This document shows positions 51,794 to 64,000 of a DNA stretch of 64,000 nt, in pieces. The DNA is from Scyliorhinus canicula (Eukaryota), in the NCBI RefSeq assembly GCF_902713615.1, contig NC_052172.1:6305337-6369336 (forward strand), given 5' to 3'. The position numbers and the translations under genes were made by a program. Position 1 is the first letter of the stretch. Every line of letters starts with the position of its first letter. The notes under the pieces were generated by a model that was given only the letters and a program-made list of their open reading frames with translations, was not told where the DNA came from and did no database searches.

Positions 51794-52399
51794 GTGCCCA
51801 GCTATCGTGTTTCCAGCCAAAATCTGGCCCCAAGCGGTTGTACCACATTGAAACTGGCATTATTCCAATTCCATGTCCTTTTCCACAGTTATCCTAAATC
51901 TTCTGCTATCGTGATCGCCGTTCCCTAAGTGTTCTCCCGTGAACCCTTGGTATTGTGAAGAATGGCGCAAAGTTTACAAACAGACAACGCACATCGGACC
52001 AACTGCTCCATGCCAGCCTTTACCCACCACATTACCCTCCTCCCACCCGAGTTCTCCTGACACGATTAACATCTCAAATTATAAAGACAACTTTTCTTTC
52101 AACTAGTTGCTGATGAAACAATACATTTCACCACCCTCTGTTAACACAAATCATCTGCTTCCCGAGGAGTCCTGCCCCGGTGTACCCCACGAAATGCACC
52201 ATGGATACTCCTGTACATCCCAAGGCAAAAAGCTGCACGGAAATCTCCGGGGAAATATGAAATTCCTGTATGCAATTATACAATTTGAAATCATTCGATT
52301 CAGCGCTGTAAACCTGAGAATTCAAATGTTTTACACTTGAGTAGCATAATAGTTACTCAGGTAAATCTAGAAGCCTCGAAACCACTTTTAACAAAGAAA

Positions 52400-53870
52400 A
52401 AAGGAAAATGTGAGCATGAGGAGGCCATTCGCTCCTTTGAGCCTGCACCGCCAGTCATTATGATCGTGCCTGATCATCCAACTCAATAGCGCAATCCTGT
52501 TTTCGCCCGTATCCTTTCATCCCCTTTGTCTTAAGTGCAATATATAACTCCTTCTTGAAAACATACAATCTTTCGGCCTCAACCAGTTTCTGCCGGAACA
52601 AATTCCACAGCCCAAACATTCTCTGGGTGAAGATATTTCTCCTCATTTCAGTCCGAAATTGGTTATCCCATATCCTTAGACTGCGACCCCTGGATCTAGC
52701 CACCCCACCATCGGGAACATGCATCTTCCATCTACCTTGTCTCGTCATCTTAGAATTCTGATAGGTTTCTATCACTTAGCTCCCCCCCCCCCCCCATTAT
52801 TCAGCTCAACTATGGTGAATACCATCCTAACTGATAACATTTTTCCTCGTATTTCTGTCCTGCCATCCCAGGAATAAGCCTGGTAAATATTTGCTGCACT
52901 CCCTCGAGAGCAAGAACATCATTCCTCAGATAATGAGATCAAAACTGCACACAGTATTTCAGGTGTGGACTCACCAAAACTCAGTACAACTGCAGCAGGA
53001 CACCCCTTCTCCTGTACTCGAATCCGCCTTCTTCACCGCCTGCTGTAGCTGCATGCTTCCCTTCAGTGACTGGCGCACGACATTATCAAGGTGTCGTTGA
53101 ACATGTCCCTCTCCTACTGTATGATATTCAGATAATAGTCTTCTTTCCCGTTTTTGCTGCCAAAGTGGATGACCACGCATTTATCCAAATTATACTGCGC
53201 CTATCATTCATTTGACCACTCACTCAGCTTTTCCAAATCGCATCTAAACATCTGTGCATCCTCTTCACAGCTCACCCTCCCAACAAACTTTGTGTTCTCT
53301 GGAAAGTAGGAGATGTTACATTTTGCTCCCTCATCTAAATCATGAATATATATTGTGAATATCGTCACTGCCTGCCATTTTGAAAAATTCCAGAGTTCCT
53401 GCTCTTTGTTTCCTGTCTGCTAACCATCCCAATCCCATTTGCTTTTCTGGGCTCATCTCTTACACACTTCGATTTTGTCAAAAACCTTCTGAAAGTCCGC
53501 TAACTCCCCCTCACCAATTCCAATCGTTCCACACTCCGACTCTGTCCGATCTTGTTATTGTTTTGTATGCGCGCTGTACAAAATCTTTGAATATGGATTC
53601 TAGAATGATCCCCACTACCGGTGTCAAGCTTATTGGTCTTGATTCCCTATTTTTTTTCCACCTCGCTTTTTAAAAAGTAGGGTCGCATTAACACACGTCC
53701 AATCTGCAGGAAAGTTCCAGAGTCTATAGAATCTTGAAAGATCACCATCACATCTACAACTGCCAGAGCGACTTCCCTTTGTATTCTGCACATACATTGT
53801 CAGGCCTTGGTGATTTAGCAATGCCCTCAATTTGCCAAACGCCATTTATCTGCTAATATTAATCTCTTTC
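52400..53870 (-). mobile_element. CR1 fragments (paralog of 27800-29640)
   Basis: ARSRGRSLRI..FTQR motif; collinear with the 27.8 kb copy. Confidence 0.75.
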
Positions 53871-54853
53871 AGTTCCTCCGTCAGTCTAAACCCTGAGTTC
53901 CCAATATTATCTCCTGGGTAAATATAATACAAAAACCGTCACCCAATGGACGCACTTGACTGGCCGCAAACCACCTGACATCCACACCCCGCCGCCAACT
54001 ATCCGGATTACCGGTTCCGCTGAACTGACAACGCCCGACACTAAGTGTAATAACTCACTACCCATCCTGCTCCCCCCCGCACCCACACCCGATCCAAAGC
54101 ACCCACATTGGCAGCAAAAAGAAAGGTGGTCAGTACAACTGAGCCCAGTGACAAGCCGACGATGATTGCCACTCCACAGAAATTTGGGACCGGAGTTGTC
54201 CAATCATTTGTGTGGACTTCAGTTATAACAGGACTGTCAGTTTCAGCAGGTTTCTTTGGCAGCTCCCATTCTGCGCTTCTCGAGAGCAAACAACTTTAGA
54301 AACCATCGTGGACTTCACTGAACCCAATCAATCGGATAGAAATATGTTTTACTCTTGTACATAACCGTCACGTGGGTGTATCCATAACTGACTGTGAATT
54401 CTCAGTTTTGCAAATGTTTTCGGAATGACTGTCAGAAGGAAGGACAGAAGCCGCCTTGGAAATTCCCAATTAAACAGGAATCCGGAAGATGCTGGAAAGA
54501 CGCAGCAGTTCAGGCAGCACCAGTGCTGTATTTATACTTAGTTCCGTTAAGAAATATAAGTAATGGTTTAGAAGCACATCGTCCATTCACTTTATCTATT
54601 TTCTTTCAAATATAGAGCGGCGTTGAGTTACTTTCAAACTAAGTTTATCCCAGGACAATCGAGGATTCAGAGCGATTGGTTAGCTCTTTCAAGAATTATC
54701 ACAAACACATTCGGACGAATGGCGACATTCATGTGGTTTTTGAATCTTAACTTCTTATTCATTAGAATCTGTGCTGTGATATACCGGAGCTCCTGTTATG
54801 CCGCCTGTTCTCTGATGATGCCCTAACTGACTCCTCTATCTATCCCATTTCAG

Positions 54854-55194
54854 ATTATTGTCGATGTGGTTCAGTGGCACAGATTCCCCGAGAATTAGTA
54901 GCACAGCGAGGGGACAACACAACACTGACCTGTCAACTGGACACCGATTACATCACAATGCTCTGGTACCGCCAGTACCACGGACATGGCCTCCAGCTTG
55001 TGGGGATGGACGTGGATGGGAATAACCCGACTTTCGAGAAAGGATTGGAGACGGGATTTCAGGTGGTGAGACCCAACCGCAAAATGCTCATTTTGAAAAT
55101 TGTGGCTGTCGACCCCGATGACACCGCGGTCTATTACTATGCTGCAAGAGATGGAGCCAGTGCTTCAAACCCCTTATGCACCCTGACAAGAACC
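54854..55194 (+). pseudogene. TRBV: V pseudogene A3
   Basis: V exon 54854-55156 has Cys104>Tyr (YYYAAR). Heptamer reduced to CCAGTG; 23-nt spacer and ACAAGAACC retained. Promoter and leader (about 0.4 kb present in A2) are deleted near 54520. Confidence 0.9.
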
Positions 55195-55499
55195 AATGAA
55201 CGTAATTTCTGTAGCTATCTTGTTCAGTTCGTCCTTTTTGTGTCTCAGAGATTGGCTGTATATCTCTGAGTTTCTGTGTCTTATTTAATTACTGTTCATG
55301 CCCTGACCTTCCATCGATAACTACGTAGTTTTGCACACTGAAAGATAAAGAGCGGGTAGAGATGGGGGTGGAGGTTGGGAGGAGAATGCAAATGATACAT
55401 TAGTGTCATCATCTGAAAATATGACCCTCAGATTGATTCCACCAGTTGCCAGGTATCGTGATTTTTGTCCGAATTTCTAGACTATTGGAAACATTATAT

Positions 55500-58400
55500 T
55501 TCTGATTTAGGGCCACGAAGGTGCACATTGTTTTCTTCTCTTTTAAACTTAAGTGGTGTGAGCCAACCTGGTTAGCTGAGGCCTGTATAAAAGACAGACA
55601 GAAAGCGCACTCAGTAAGCTTTGCGCAGGATGAAGTCGAGACATCCTGAGGGAAACACATCCAGAGTTGGAATTGCTACTTGGTAATTTGGTGCAGTCAG
55701 GTAATCAGGAAAGGTAAGTGGTAAGTCTAATTCCACTGATTTTCAGTTAAACGTGCAGTGTATAGATTCGTGTCTGATTTGCTGAAGTTGCCCCCGCCCT
55801 AATTTCTCACAGGCAATTATCTGTCGGTCACCTGAGGCTTGTTTAGGGGCACAAAGGTGCACATTGTATTCTTCTCTTTGAAACTTAAGTTGTCTGAGTC
55901 ACCCTGGTTAGCTGAGGTCTGTATAAAAGACAGAGAGAAAGCGCATTCAGTAAGCTTTGCGCAGGTCAAGGAGACACAGCGTGAGTGAGACACATCCAGA
56001 GTGGGAATTGCAACTTGGTAATTTGGTGCAGTGAGGTAATTCGGTGCAGAGTGGGAGAAATTGCTTTTTTCCTACTGTTTTTGTTCGCTGTCTTTCTTCT
56101 GGCCTGTTACTTTTAATGTGCAAAGAGAAAACCAGATGGCATCAGAGAACCTGGGAAGGTAAGTGATTTGTATTTATTTTTAATTTTTATTACCTTTTCA
56201 AATTGTGTGTGCGTGGGGGGGGGGGGGGCTGAACTGACATCACAGTAAAGCTGTGACCTGATTGGCTGGTTGGGAATCGACGCTAAATTAAAAAATTAAA
56301 TTAAGCATTAAACTAATGAAACATAATTACTTAATTAGAATTTAGAGGGGCATCTGAGCGAAAGATCGGGGAGTACTGTAGTTAGCTTTCACATTTATAG
56401 TAGAAATCTACTGCGCAGAAATATATAGTTAACAGTAACTTTTTAAAAAACATTTTAAAATTTAATGTATTAATTAATTGACGCAATGTCAATTAGAGGG
56501 GTGAAATTCTCTGACTGTGAGATGTGGCAGGTCCGGGAGGCTTCCAGCATCCCGGATGGCTTCATCTGCAGAAAGTGCACCCAACTAGAGCTCCTCACAG
56601 ACCACATGGTTTGGTTGGAGCAGCAGTTGGATGCTCTTAGGAGCATGTAGTTGGCGGAAAGCGTCATTAATAGCAGTTGTATAAATGTGGTAACACCCAA
56701 TGTGCAGGCAGAGAAAAGGGTGACAACCAGAAGGGGCAGGCAGTCAGTGCAGGAGTCCCCTGCAGTTTCCCCCCTCTCGAACAGGTATACCCCTTTGGAT
56801 ACTGTTGGGGAGGATAGCCTTCAGGGGAAAACAGCAGCAGCCAGAGCAGTGGCACCACGGCTGGCTCTGACGTACAGCAGGGAGGGTCAAAGCGCAGAAG
56901 AGCAATAGTCATTGGGGACTCCATAGTCAGAGGCATCGATAGGCGATTCTGTGGACGTGAAAGAGACTCCAGGGTGGTATGTTGCATCCCTGGTGCCAGG
57001 GTCCAGGATGTCTCTGAACGGGTAGCGGGCATCCAGAAGGGTGAGGGCAAACAGAAAGAGGTCGTTGTACATGCTGGTACTAATGACATAGGCAGGAATG
57101 GGCATGAGGTCCTGCAGCAGGAGTTCAGGGAGCTAGGCAGAAAGTTAAAAGACAGGGCCTCTGGGGTTGTAATCTCGGTATTACTCCCTGTACCACGTGC
57201 CAGTGAGGCCAGAAATAGGAAGATAGAGCAGCTAAACACGTGGCGAAACAGCTGGTGAAGGAGGGGGGGTTTCTGTTATCTGGACCACTGGGAGCTCTTC
57301 CGGGGCAGGTGTGACCTGTATAAGAAGGACGGGTTGCATCTAAACTGGAGAGGCATAAATATCCTGGCCGCGAGGTTTGCTAGTGTCATACGGGAGGGTT
57401 TAAACTAGTATGGCAGGGGGCTGGGTACCGGGGCAATAGGTCAGAAGGTGAAAGCATTGAGGGAGAACTGGGTAATAGGGCCAGTATGGCTCTGAGGAAG
57501 AGCAGACAGGGAGATGTTGCTAAACAGCGGGTCTGGTGGCCTGATGTGTATATATTTTAATGCAAGAAGTATTACGGGTAAAGCAGATGAACTTAGAGCT
57601 TGGCTTAGTACTTGGAACTATTATGCTGTTGCCATTACAGAGACCTGGTTGAGGGAAGCACAGGATTGGCAGCTAAACGTTCCAGGATTTAGATGTTTCA
57701 GGCGGGATAGAGGGGGATGTAAAAGGGGTGGAGGAATTGATCTACTGGTTCGGGAGAATATCACCGCTGTACGATGGGAAGACACCTCAGAGGGCAGAGA
57801 GACTATATGGGTAGAAATCGGGAATAAGAAGTCACAATGTTGGGGGTTTAGTACAGGCCTTCCAGCAGCCAGCGGGAGATAGGAAGACAGATTTTGGAAA
57901 CAAGTAAAAACAGCAGTGTCGTTATGATGGGAGACTTCAACTTCCCAATATTGAAAAATGAAATGAAATCGCTTATTGTCACGAGTAGGCTTCAACGAAG
58001 TTACTGTGAAAAGCCCCTAGTCGCCACATTGCGGCGCCTATTCGGGGAGGCTGGTACGGGAATTGACTGGGATTCACTTAGTGCTCGGGGCTTTGACGGG
58101 GTAGAGTTTGTAAGGAGCTTCCAGGAGGGCTTCTTAAAACAATATGTAGACTGTCCCAATAGGGAAGGGGCTGTTCTGGACCTGGTATTGGGGAATGAGC
58201 CCGGCCAGGTGGTAGACGTTTCAGTAGGGGAGCATTTCGGAAACACTGACCACAATTCAGTTAGTTTTAAAGTGCTGCTGGACAAGGATAAGTGTGGTCA
58301 TAGAGTGAATGTGCTAAATTGGGGGAATGCTAATTATAACAATATTAGGCGGGAACAAAAGAACCTAGATTGGGGTGGATGTTTGAGGGTAAATCAACAC

Positions 58401-60620
58401 CTGATATGTGGGAGGCATTCAAGTGTCAGTTGAAAAGGATTCAGGACCGGCATGCTCCTGTGCGGAAGAAGGATAAATACGGCAAATTTCGGGAAATGAA
58501 AAAATGAAATGAAAATCGCTTATTGTCATGAGTAGACTTCAATGAAGTTACTTTGAAAAGCCCCTAGTCGCCACATTCCGGCCCCTTTTCGGGGAGGCTG
58601 TTACGGGAACCGTCGATAACGAGAAATGTTGTCGGCCTCGTCAAAAGATAAAGGAGGCATTTGACAGGGCTAGAAGGCTGGGGACAGGCGAATCCTGTGT
58701 GGAATATAAGTAAAGTAGGTAGGAACTTAACCAAGGAGTCAGGAGGGCTAGAAGGGGTCACGAACTTTCATTGGCAAATAGGGTTAAGGAAAATCCCAAG
58801 GCTTTTTACACATACATAAAAAGCAAGAAGGTAGCCAGGGAAAGGTAGATAGGCAAGGGAATCTATGTGTGGAGCCAGAGGAAATGGTTGAGGTATTAAA
58901 GGAATACTTTGCATTAGTATTCACCAAAGAGAAGGAATTGGTGGATGTTGAGTCTGGAGAACTGTGTGTAGATAGCCTGGGTCACGTTGAGATCCAAAAA
59001 GACGAGGTGTTGGGCGTCTTGAAAAATATTAAGGTAGATAAGTCCCCAGGGCCTGTTGAGATCTACCCCAGAATACTGAAGGAGCCTACAGAGGAAATTG
59101 CTGAGGCCTTGACAGAAAACTTTGAATCCTCACTGTCTTCTGGTGATGTCCCGGAGGACTGGAATAGAGACAATGTTGTTCCTTTGTTTAAGAAGGGTTG
59201 CAAGGATAATCCAGGGAACTATAGGGCGGTGAGCCTTACTTCAGTGATAGGGAAATTAAAGGAGAAAATTCTTCGAGACAGGATTTGCACGCATTTGGAA
59301 GCAAATGGACGTATTAGTGAGAGGCAGCATGGTTTTGTGAAGGGGAGGCAGTGTCTCACTAACTTGATAGAGTTTTTTGAAGAGGTTACAAGATGATTGA
59401 TGCAGGTAAGGGAGTGGATGGTGTCTATATGGACTTCAGAAAGGCCTTTGACAAGGTCCCTCATGATTGACTGGTACAAAAGGTGAAGTCACAAGGGATC
59501 AGGGGTGAGCAGGCAAGATGGATACAGAACTGGCTCGACCATAGAAGGCAGAGAGTAGCAATGGAAGGGTTTTTTTTCTAATCGGAGGGCTGTGACTAGT
59601 GGTGCTCCGCAGGGATCAGTGCTGGGACCTTTGCTTTTCGTAGTCTATATAAATGATTTGGAGGGAAATGTAACTGGTCTGATCAGTAAGTTTGCAGACG
59701 ACACAACGGTTGGTGGAATTGCGGATTGCGATGAGGACTGTCAGAAGATACAGCAGGATATAGATCGTTTGGAGACTTGAATGGAGAGATGGCAGATGGA
59801 GTTTAATCCGGACAAATGTGAGGTCAGGCATTTGGAAGGTCTAATGCAGGTAGGGAATATACAGTGAATGGTAGAACACTCAAGAATATTGAAAGTCAGA
59901 GAGATCTAGGTGTACAGGTCCACAGGTCACTGACAGAGGCAACACTGGTGGAGAAGGTAGTTAAGAAGGCAGAAGGCATGCTTGCCTTCATTGGCCAGGG
60001 CATTGAGTATAAGAATTGGAAAGTCATGTTGCAGCTGTATAGAACCTTAGTTAGGCCACACTTGAAGTATAGTGTTCAATTCTGGTCGCCACACTATCAG
60101 AAAGATGTGAAGGCTTTAGAGAGGGTGCAGTAGAGATTTACCAGGATGTTGCCTGGTATGGAGGGCATTAGCTATGAGGAACGGTTGAATAATCTCGGTT
60201 TGTTCTCACTGGAACTACGGAGGGTGAGGGGCGACCTGACATAGGTCTACACAATTATAAGGGTCATAGACCGAGTGGATACTCAGAGGCTTGTCCTCAG
60301 GGTAGAGGGGTCAGTTGCTAGGGGGCATAGGTTTAAGGTGCGAGGGGCAAGGTTCAGAGGAGATGTACGAGGCAAGTTTTTTACACAGAGGGTAGTGTTT
60401 GCTGGAACCTGCTGCCAGAGGAGGTGGTGGAAACAGGGACGATAGTGATATTCAAGGGGCATCTGGACAAATACATTAATAGGATGGGAATAGAGGGATA
60501 CGGACCCAGAAAGTGTTGAAGGTTTTAGTTTAGACAGGCAGCATGGTCGGCACGGGCTTGGAGGGCCGAAGGGCCTGTTCCTGTGCTGTAATTTTCTTTG
60601 TTCTTTGTTTGTTCTTTGAT
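55500..60620 (+). mobile_element. Near full-length degenerate CR1-clade LINE
   Basis: ORF1 from 56486 (CxxC finger, zipper, SGNH esterase GDSIVRG / HAGTNDIG). ORF2 about 57540-60480 (FNARSI endonuclease, QHGFVKGR, PQGSVLGP, FADD). CR1 hairpin tail. Inclusion of 55500-56480 as 5' UTR is inferred. Confidence 0.88.
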
Positions 60621-61531
60621 TATCATACCATCGCTCTTTATATTCATGAAGGATAGTGAGCTGATGCATTTTGTCGAAAGCGCGAATGGAATTAAAGGAT
60701 TCAAATTTTTAATGAGCAGAGGGATCTGAGGTATCCGTGTACACAATCGTTTCGTGCAGCTGTGGTTGTTTCAAGAACTCGACGCGCAGTGTCGGGCTCT
60801 TTGCAAATAGAGAGAGACAGTGCAAAGATAAAGGGGTATGCTGAAACTCTAGAAACCCCTGTCTCCCTCTCAATTGGAGTCCTGCGTCGAGTTCCGGACA
60901 CCATGTTTGAGGAAGGATATGAGAGGTAGCGGGAATGGAATGTGCGTTTGGTGGTGCCATCAAGTGACTGGTGGCAGAAATAGCGGAGGACGATCTGTTA
61001 AATACAAAAGCTGGTGGTGTGAAATATGAGAACAAAGCGGTGCTTATTATTGCTCTGCGAGGGAGGGGAAGGGTGAGAGCAGAAAATGGAATGGGCGTGA
61101 CTGGGTGTGTGGCTGTATCACTGAACTCTCGGAAATAGCCTGGCCCAGAGGATTGTGTGTGGTCATCGAATACATTTAAGGCTGCGACAAGAGAAGTGTT
61201 TGATCTCTTAGGGAATCAAGGAATATGAGGGAACCATATTATATGGACGTGTTTTTCAAAACATTGGCAATCCACTAAGGGCTGAAGTGGATCGGTATTA
61301 TACACACAAGCTGTTTAGCTGAAATTCTTAGCTGCAGGGAACCATTCCAAGGACACACCTTGCTGTCGATGGAAGCCCAGTAAATACGAGCAACAGATGG
61401 TCATTGTCAACGATGATAATGAACAATGTGCGATCTGTTCACTATTTGTACTGGTGCGAGGTTGCCTGGGAAGAAGGACATAATCATACAGATTTGCTCA
61501 TTGCTGTACGTTAATGTTTACGTTAGGACAC

Positions 61532-61870
61532 GGGAGGCAGTAGCATAGTGGTATTGTTGCCGGACTAGTAATCCAGAGACCCAGGTTAACGGCCCAGACA
61601 CCTGGGTTCGAATCCCACAGTGACAAGTGATTGAATTTAAACTCAAATTATCTGGAATTAAAAGTCGAATGAAAAGCCATTGTTGTTGATGGTAAAACCT
61701 ATCTGGCCCTTTTAGGAAGGAAATCTACCATCCTTACCCGGTCTGACCTACATGTGACTCCAGACCCACCGCAATGTGGTTGGCTCTTAACTACGGCCCC
61801 TCAAGGGCAATTAGCGATGGACAATAAATGCTGACACGGCCTGACACGCCCACGTCCAATGAATAAAAAA
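61532..61870 (+). mobile_element. tRNA-SINE of a third family (possibly SacSINE1/DeuSINE-like)
   Basis: A-box tagcatagtgg, B-box gggttcgaatcc; tail aagggcaattagcgatggacaataaatgc resembles the LINE 3' end at 21.2/46.1 kb. Confidence 0.7.
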
Positions 61871-64000
61871 ATATATCAATTAGAGGAGCCATTTGCTTTG
61901 TTTGTCCCCTTGTTCCGCACTGTTGCCAATCACTGTTTGGTGATGCACCATTTGTCATTGTTCTCTGTTGATTATTCTTTTTGTCTACTATGTACTTACT
62001 GTGTACGTTCCCTCGGCCGTAGAAACATAAGTTTCACTGTACTTTGGTACATGTGACAATAAATCAAATCAAATCAAATCAGACAAGTGATGATACACAG
62101 AGGGCTGATACAGAGAACTGATGATAAACGTCAGAGGACAAAATCTTTGTGTTGATTGGATATTATAATTAAATAGACGTGCCTATGTTCTGATTAGTTA
62201 ATTGTTCTCATATAGTATGCATGATGTAGACCTAATCGATATTCATGATTGGATAAAGAAAACTAATAACAAATAATCGGTATATGGTAGTTTATTGCAA
62301 TCAAATCATGAGTGCAATTGTTGGTGTAACCCTTCAATCAGAGCTCTCTAGTGTTCCAGCTTGGATTGTCATCAGCCCAACTCTCGCTATAATAAAGGCG
62401 TTGTTCACAACTGCAAGACTTTTCGTCTGGATTCTCGTGACCGTCAGTGTTAAGTACACTACAGTGGAATAGCTGTATAATTTCCCCTGAACAAAGGGGT
62501 AACATGGCATCACCGTGGTCAGCATTGTTTCCTGCGGGTGCTCAGTTTCCTCCCACCGTCCAAAGGTGTGCAGGTTCGTTGGATTGGCTACGCTAATTTG
62601 CCCTTAGTGTCCAAAAAGTGTAGGTTCCGGGGATAGGTTGGAGGTGTGGGATTCAGTAGGGTGCCATTTTCAAGTGCCGGTGCATGCTCGATGGGCCAAA
62701 TGGCCTCCTTCTGCATTGTAAATTCTATGATTATATAATTCAAAGCCCAAGATTGTCCGCATTGAATGGCGAGCAGCGTTGAATGGCCATATGATCTATT
62801 CTTCCTTCTATTTCTTGTCTTCTTCTGGTCTTATGCACAGTCACGCCCCGCACTATCTGCCTCCACTGGTACCCGTGAAATGGCTCAGGGTACCCATAAT
62901 ATCTGTGCACGCAGGAATCATTCTTTAATTCCTTTGTCTGTCTGCCAGTCTAGCGAAGTGTAGCAGGTTAGGCAGGTTTTGGGGAGGGGTGGAGTGAACA
63001 TTGCAGCTGGATACCCTGTCATCACTAGATCATTCACCTGAAACAAACATTGGGTTGCATTTTATAAGGCACCCATGGGTGTGAAACTAGGTCTTTAAAA
63101 TAGTGTGCCACCCCATTGGCCGCTGCGAGCCCACCTAATTGACCTTAACCTGTGGCCACACCGATCCAATATTATTGATCCTACAGGCTGCTGGCCAGTG
63201 AAAGGGGACAAGGTACCTCCTTCTCGAGACCCCGAAGGTTACCCATTAGAGACCACCCGCAGTTTTGCCTCATTATAACCAACTTCGCCCGCAGTTCCCT
63301 CATCCCCTTACTAGCCTTGCTAGCCCGAGACACTGGAGGTCCAGCTTCCTCGGTGAAAACGTCCGCCTTGGTCTCTCTGCAGTCCGAGCAGAGGCCACTG
63401 ATGGCACTGTAGAGTGCCAGCCTACAATTGGCTAGGAAGTCCATGAGGTGAAATTACCTCTTGAAGATGGACTTGCCTAATAAGAACTAAAGGCTCAGCT
63501 GGCATGAATTTAAATTGGGTTCAACGTGTGTAGGACGGCTCACCCCCAACATTTACACTGGGGGCCAAGGGGCCCCACTCAGGGTATAATCCAACTCGTT
63601 AAATCTCTACAGATTGTCTCCCAACTGCTCTGTATCTTCAGTATTTTCTGCTTTTATTTCACATTTCCAGCACTCACAGTTTTTGTTTTTGAACTGATCT
63701 ACCTTTCCTACCACCTGCTTGCATTTACTTGTCTAAAACGTTTTATCTTTCAGGTTAAAAGTCCTCGCTTAATTAATGTTTTTGTGGCGTTGGCGTGGAT
63801 GTTTGAATCCGGCCCAAAAATGGCAGTATTTTAAAAATGTCACTCATGGTATGTGGATGTCGCTCGTTGGGCCAGCATTTATTACCCATCCGAATTTTTC
63901 TTCCGAAGGTGATGGTGAGTTGCCTTCTGGAACTACTGCTTTACCTGACGTGTCGGTACACCCACTGTGCTGTTAGGGATGAAGTCCCAGGATTTTGACG

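Larger units (their letters stand above)
1..64000. repeat. Tandem segmental duplication of a 24-27 kb V cassette (about 2.5 copies)
   Basis: Collinear homology: V-A at 4.6/31.1/54.9 kb, V-D at 24.0/48.7 kb, post-D block at 0-3.9/24.9-30.2/49.0-54.4 kb, and block at 15.4-21.2/42.9-46.2/60.9-64 kb. Confidence 0.9.

Noticed and set aside
1-64000. D, J or C segments, or a 12-RSS
   Set aside because: I saw no FGxG J motif preceded by an RSS, no RSS-flanked D and no C1-set exon. This was a visual scan only.

Overview
Vertebrate genomic DNA, almost certainly an elasmobranch (shark): it is dense in HE1-like tRNA-SINEs and CR1 LINEs and carries Ig-superfamily V segments with RAG recombination signals. 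The window is part of a T-cell receptor beta V array. I find nine V segments in four families. Family A is TRBV20/29-like (CAAS/CAAR, + strand). Families B and C are TRBV30-like (CAWS, - strand). Family D also ends in CAWS but is on the + strand. They sit in a roughly 24-27 kb tandem cassette [A(+) B(-) psiC(-) ... D(+)] present about 2.5 times. Only A2, B1 and D2 have an intact leader, V exon and canonical 23-RSS. A1 is intact but has a 21-nt spacer. D1 lacks its ATG, B2 is hit by a 7-kb L1 and has a 15-nt spacer, and C1, C2 and A3 are decayed. I found no D, J or C segment. The rest is LINE/SINE/PLE/LTR debris plus a 496-nt N gap. Main leads: (1) a bidirectional V cassette amplified as a unit, with reciprocal loss of family members; (2) an L1 antisense ORF spliceable in frame to a V exon; (3) three SINE copies 5'-truncated just 3' of the tRNA A58-equivalent. 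Splice-site and RSS coordinates were counted by hand; transposon boundaries are approximate.
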